DNA of 64,000 nucleotides from Raillietiella orientalis (lineage: Eukaryota): assembly GCA_036172245.1 (NCBI GenBank), contig JAYWIR010000021.1, positions 2,728,001 through 2,792,000 of the forward strand, given 5' to 3'. The stretch's first letter is position 1. Each line of letters starts with the position of its first letter. A program made the translations under genes and the position numbers. Shown here in pieces: positions 63,612 to 64,000 of the stretch. Below the pieces are notes generated by a model that saw only the letters and a list, made by a program, of their open reading frames with translations, had not been told where the DNA came from and did not search any database.

Positions 63612-64000
63612 AGGAATTTTTCTAATTTCTCCCCCCGGGACCCTTTCCGCAGAGCGACCATTCTTTTTTCTTTTCTTTTTTTTGCCCTCACGAACTCGCC
63701 GCATTTCCCTTTCTTCTTGGTGTGTAGAGTGCGTTACCTGCAAGAGCGCTTAGTGACCGAAGCGCGAGATGCCGAGGGAGCACCGGGTGCGTCCCGGTCC
63801 ACCCTACCTCAGACTGCTCCGTCTTCTGGCATTTGGTCTTGCCGAGGGGGTTTTCAGGAGTACCGCGTGGGAGTTGGCCCTGAGGCGCACGACACGTCCA
63901 CCGCCGCGTTGACCGATCCTCTGACCGAGGCTTCTCGAGCTGCGCAAAGTACAGAAAACTTCGTTTCAGGTCTCGGCTGGGGTTCGAAGCTGACTCGCTG

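Noticed and set aside
1..64000. CRISPR arrays, operons, rRNA, prokaryotic defence systems
   Set aside because: No regularly spaced repeats, rRNA motifs or dense intronless genes; the sequence is clearly eukaryotic

Overview
Eukaryotic genomic DNA, most likely arthropod (inferred from the gene below; the species cannot be determined). Evidence: GT-AG introns, abundant microsatellites and homopolymer runs, and no operon, CRISPR or rRNA. The one well-supported gene is a complete class-1 transmembrane semaphorin (Sema-1a/fasciclin IV or Sema-1b type) on the + strand. I reconstructed it by hand as 16 coding exons from ATG 39632 to TAA 63078; all splice phases are compatible, and the CDS is 2133 nt (710 aa): signal peptide, Sema domain, PSI domain, stalk, TM helix and a short tail ending KKTYI. 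The ORF track captures only fragments of it. Its 5' end lies in a long GC/CpG-rich domain (~32-46 kb), and a polyA signal follows at 63606. Its introns contain an antisense non-LTR retrotransposon remnant, a sense-strand G-U hairpin and a homeodomain/POU motif cluster. The first ~32 kb has no gene I can assign: microsatellites, a 92-bp duplication, a perfect palindrome, a possible Tc1/mariner relic and several stretches resembling decayed coding sequence. I did not find a convincing novel multi-gene system; the findings are modest and mostly concern the semaphorin locus.
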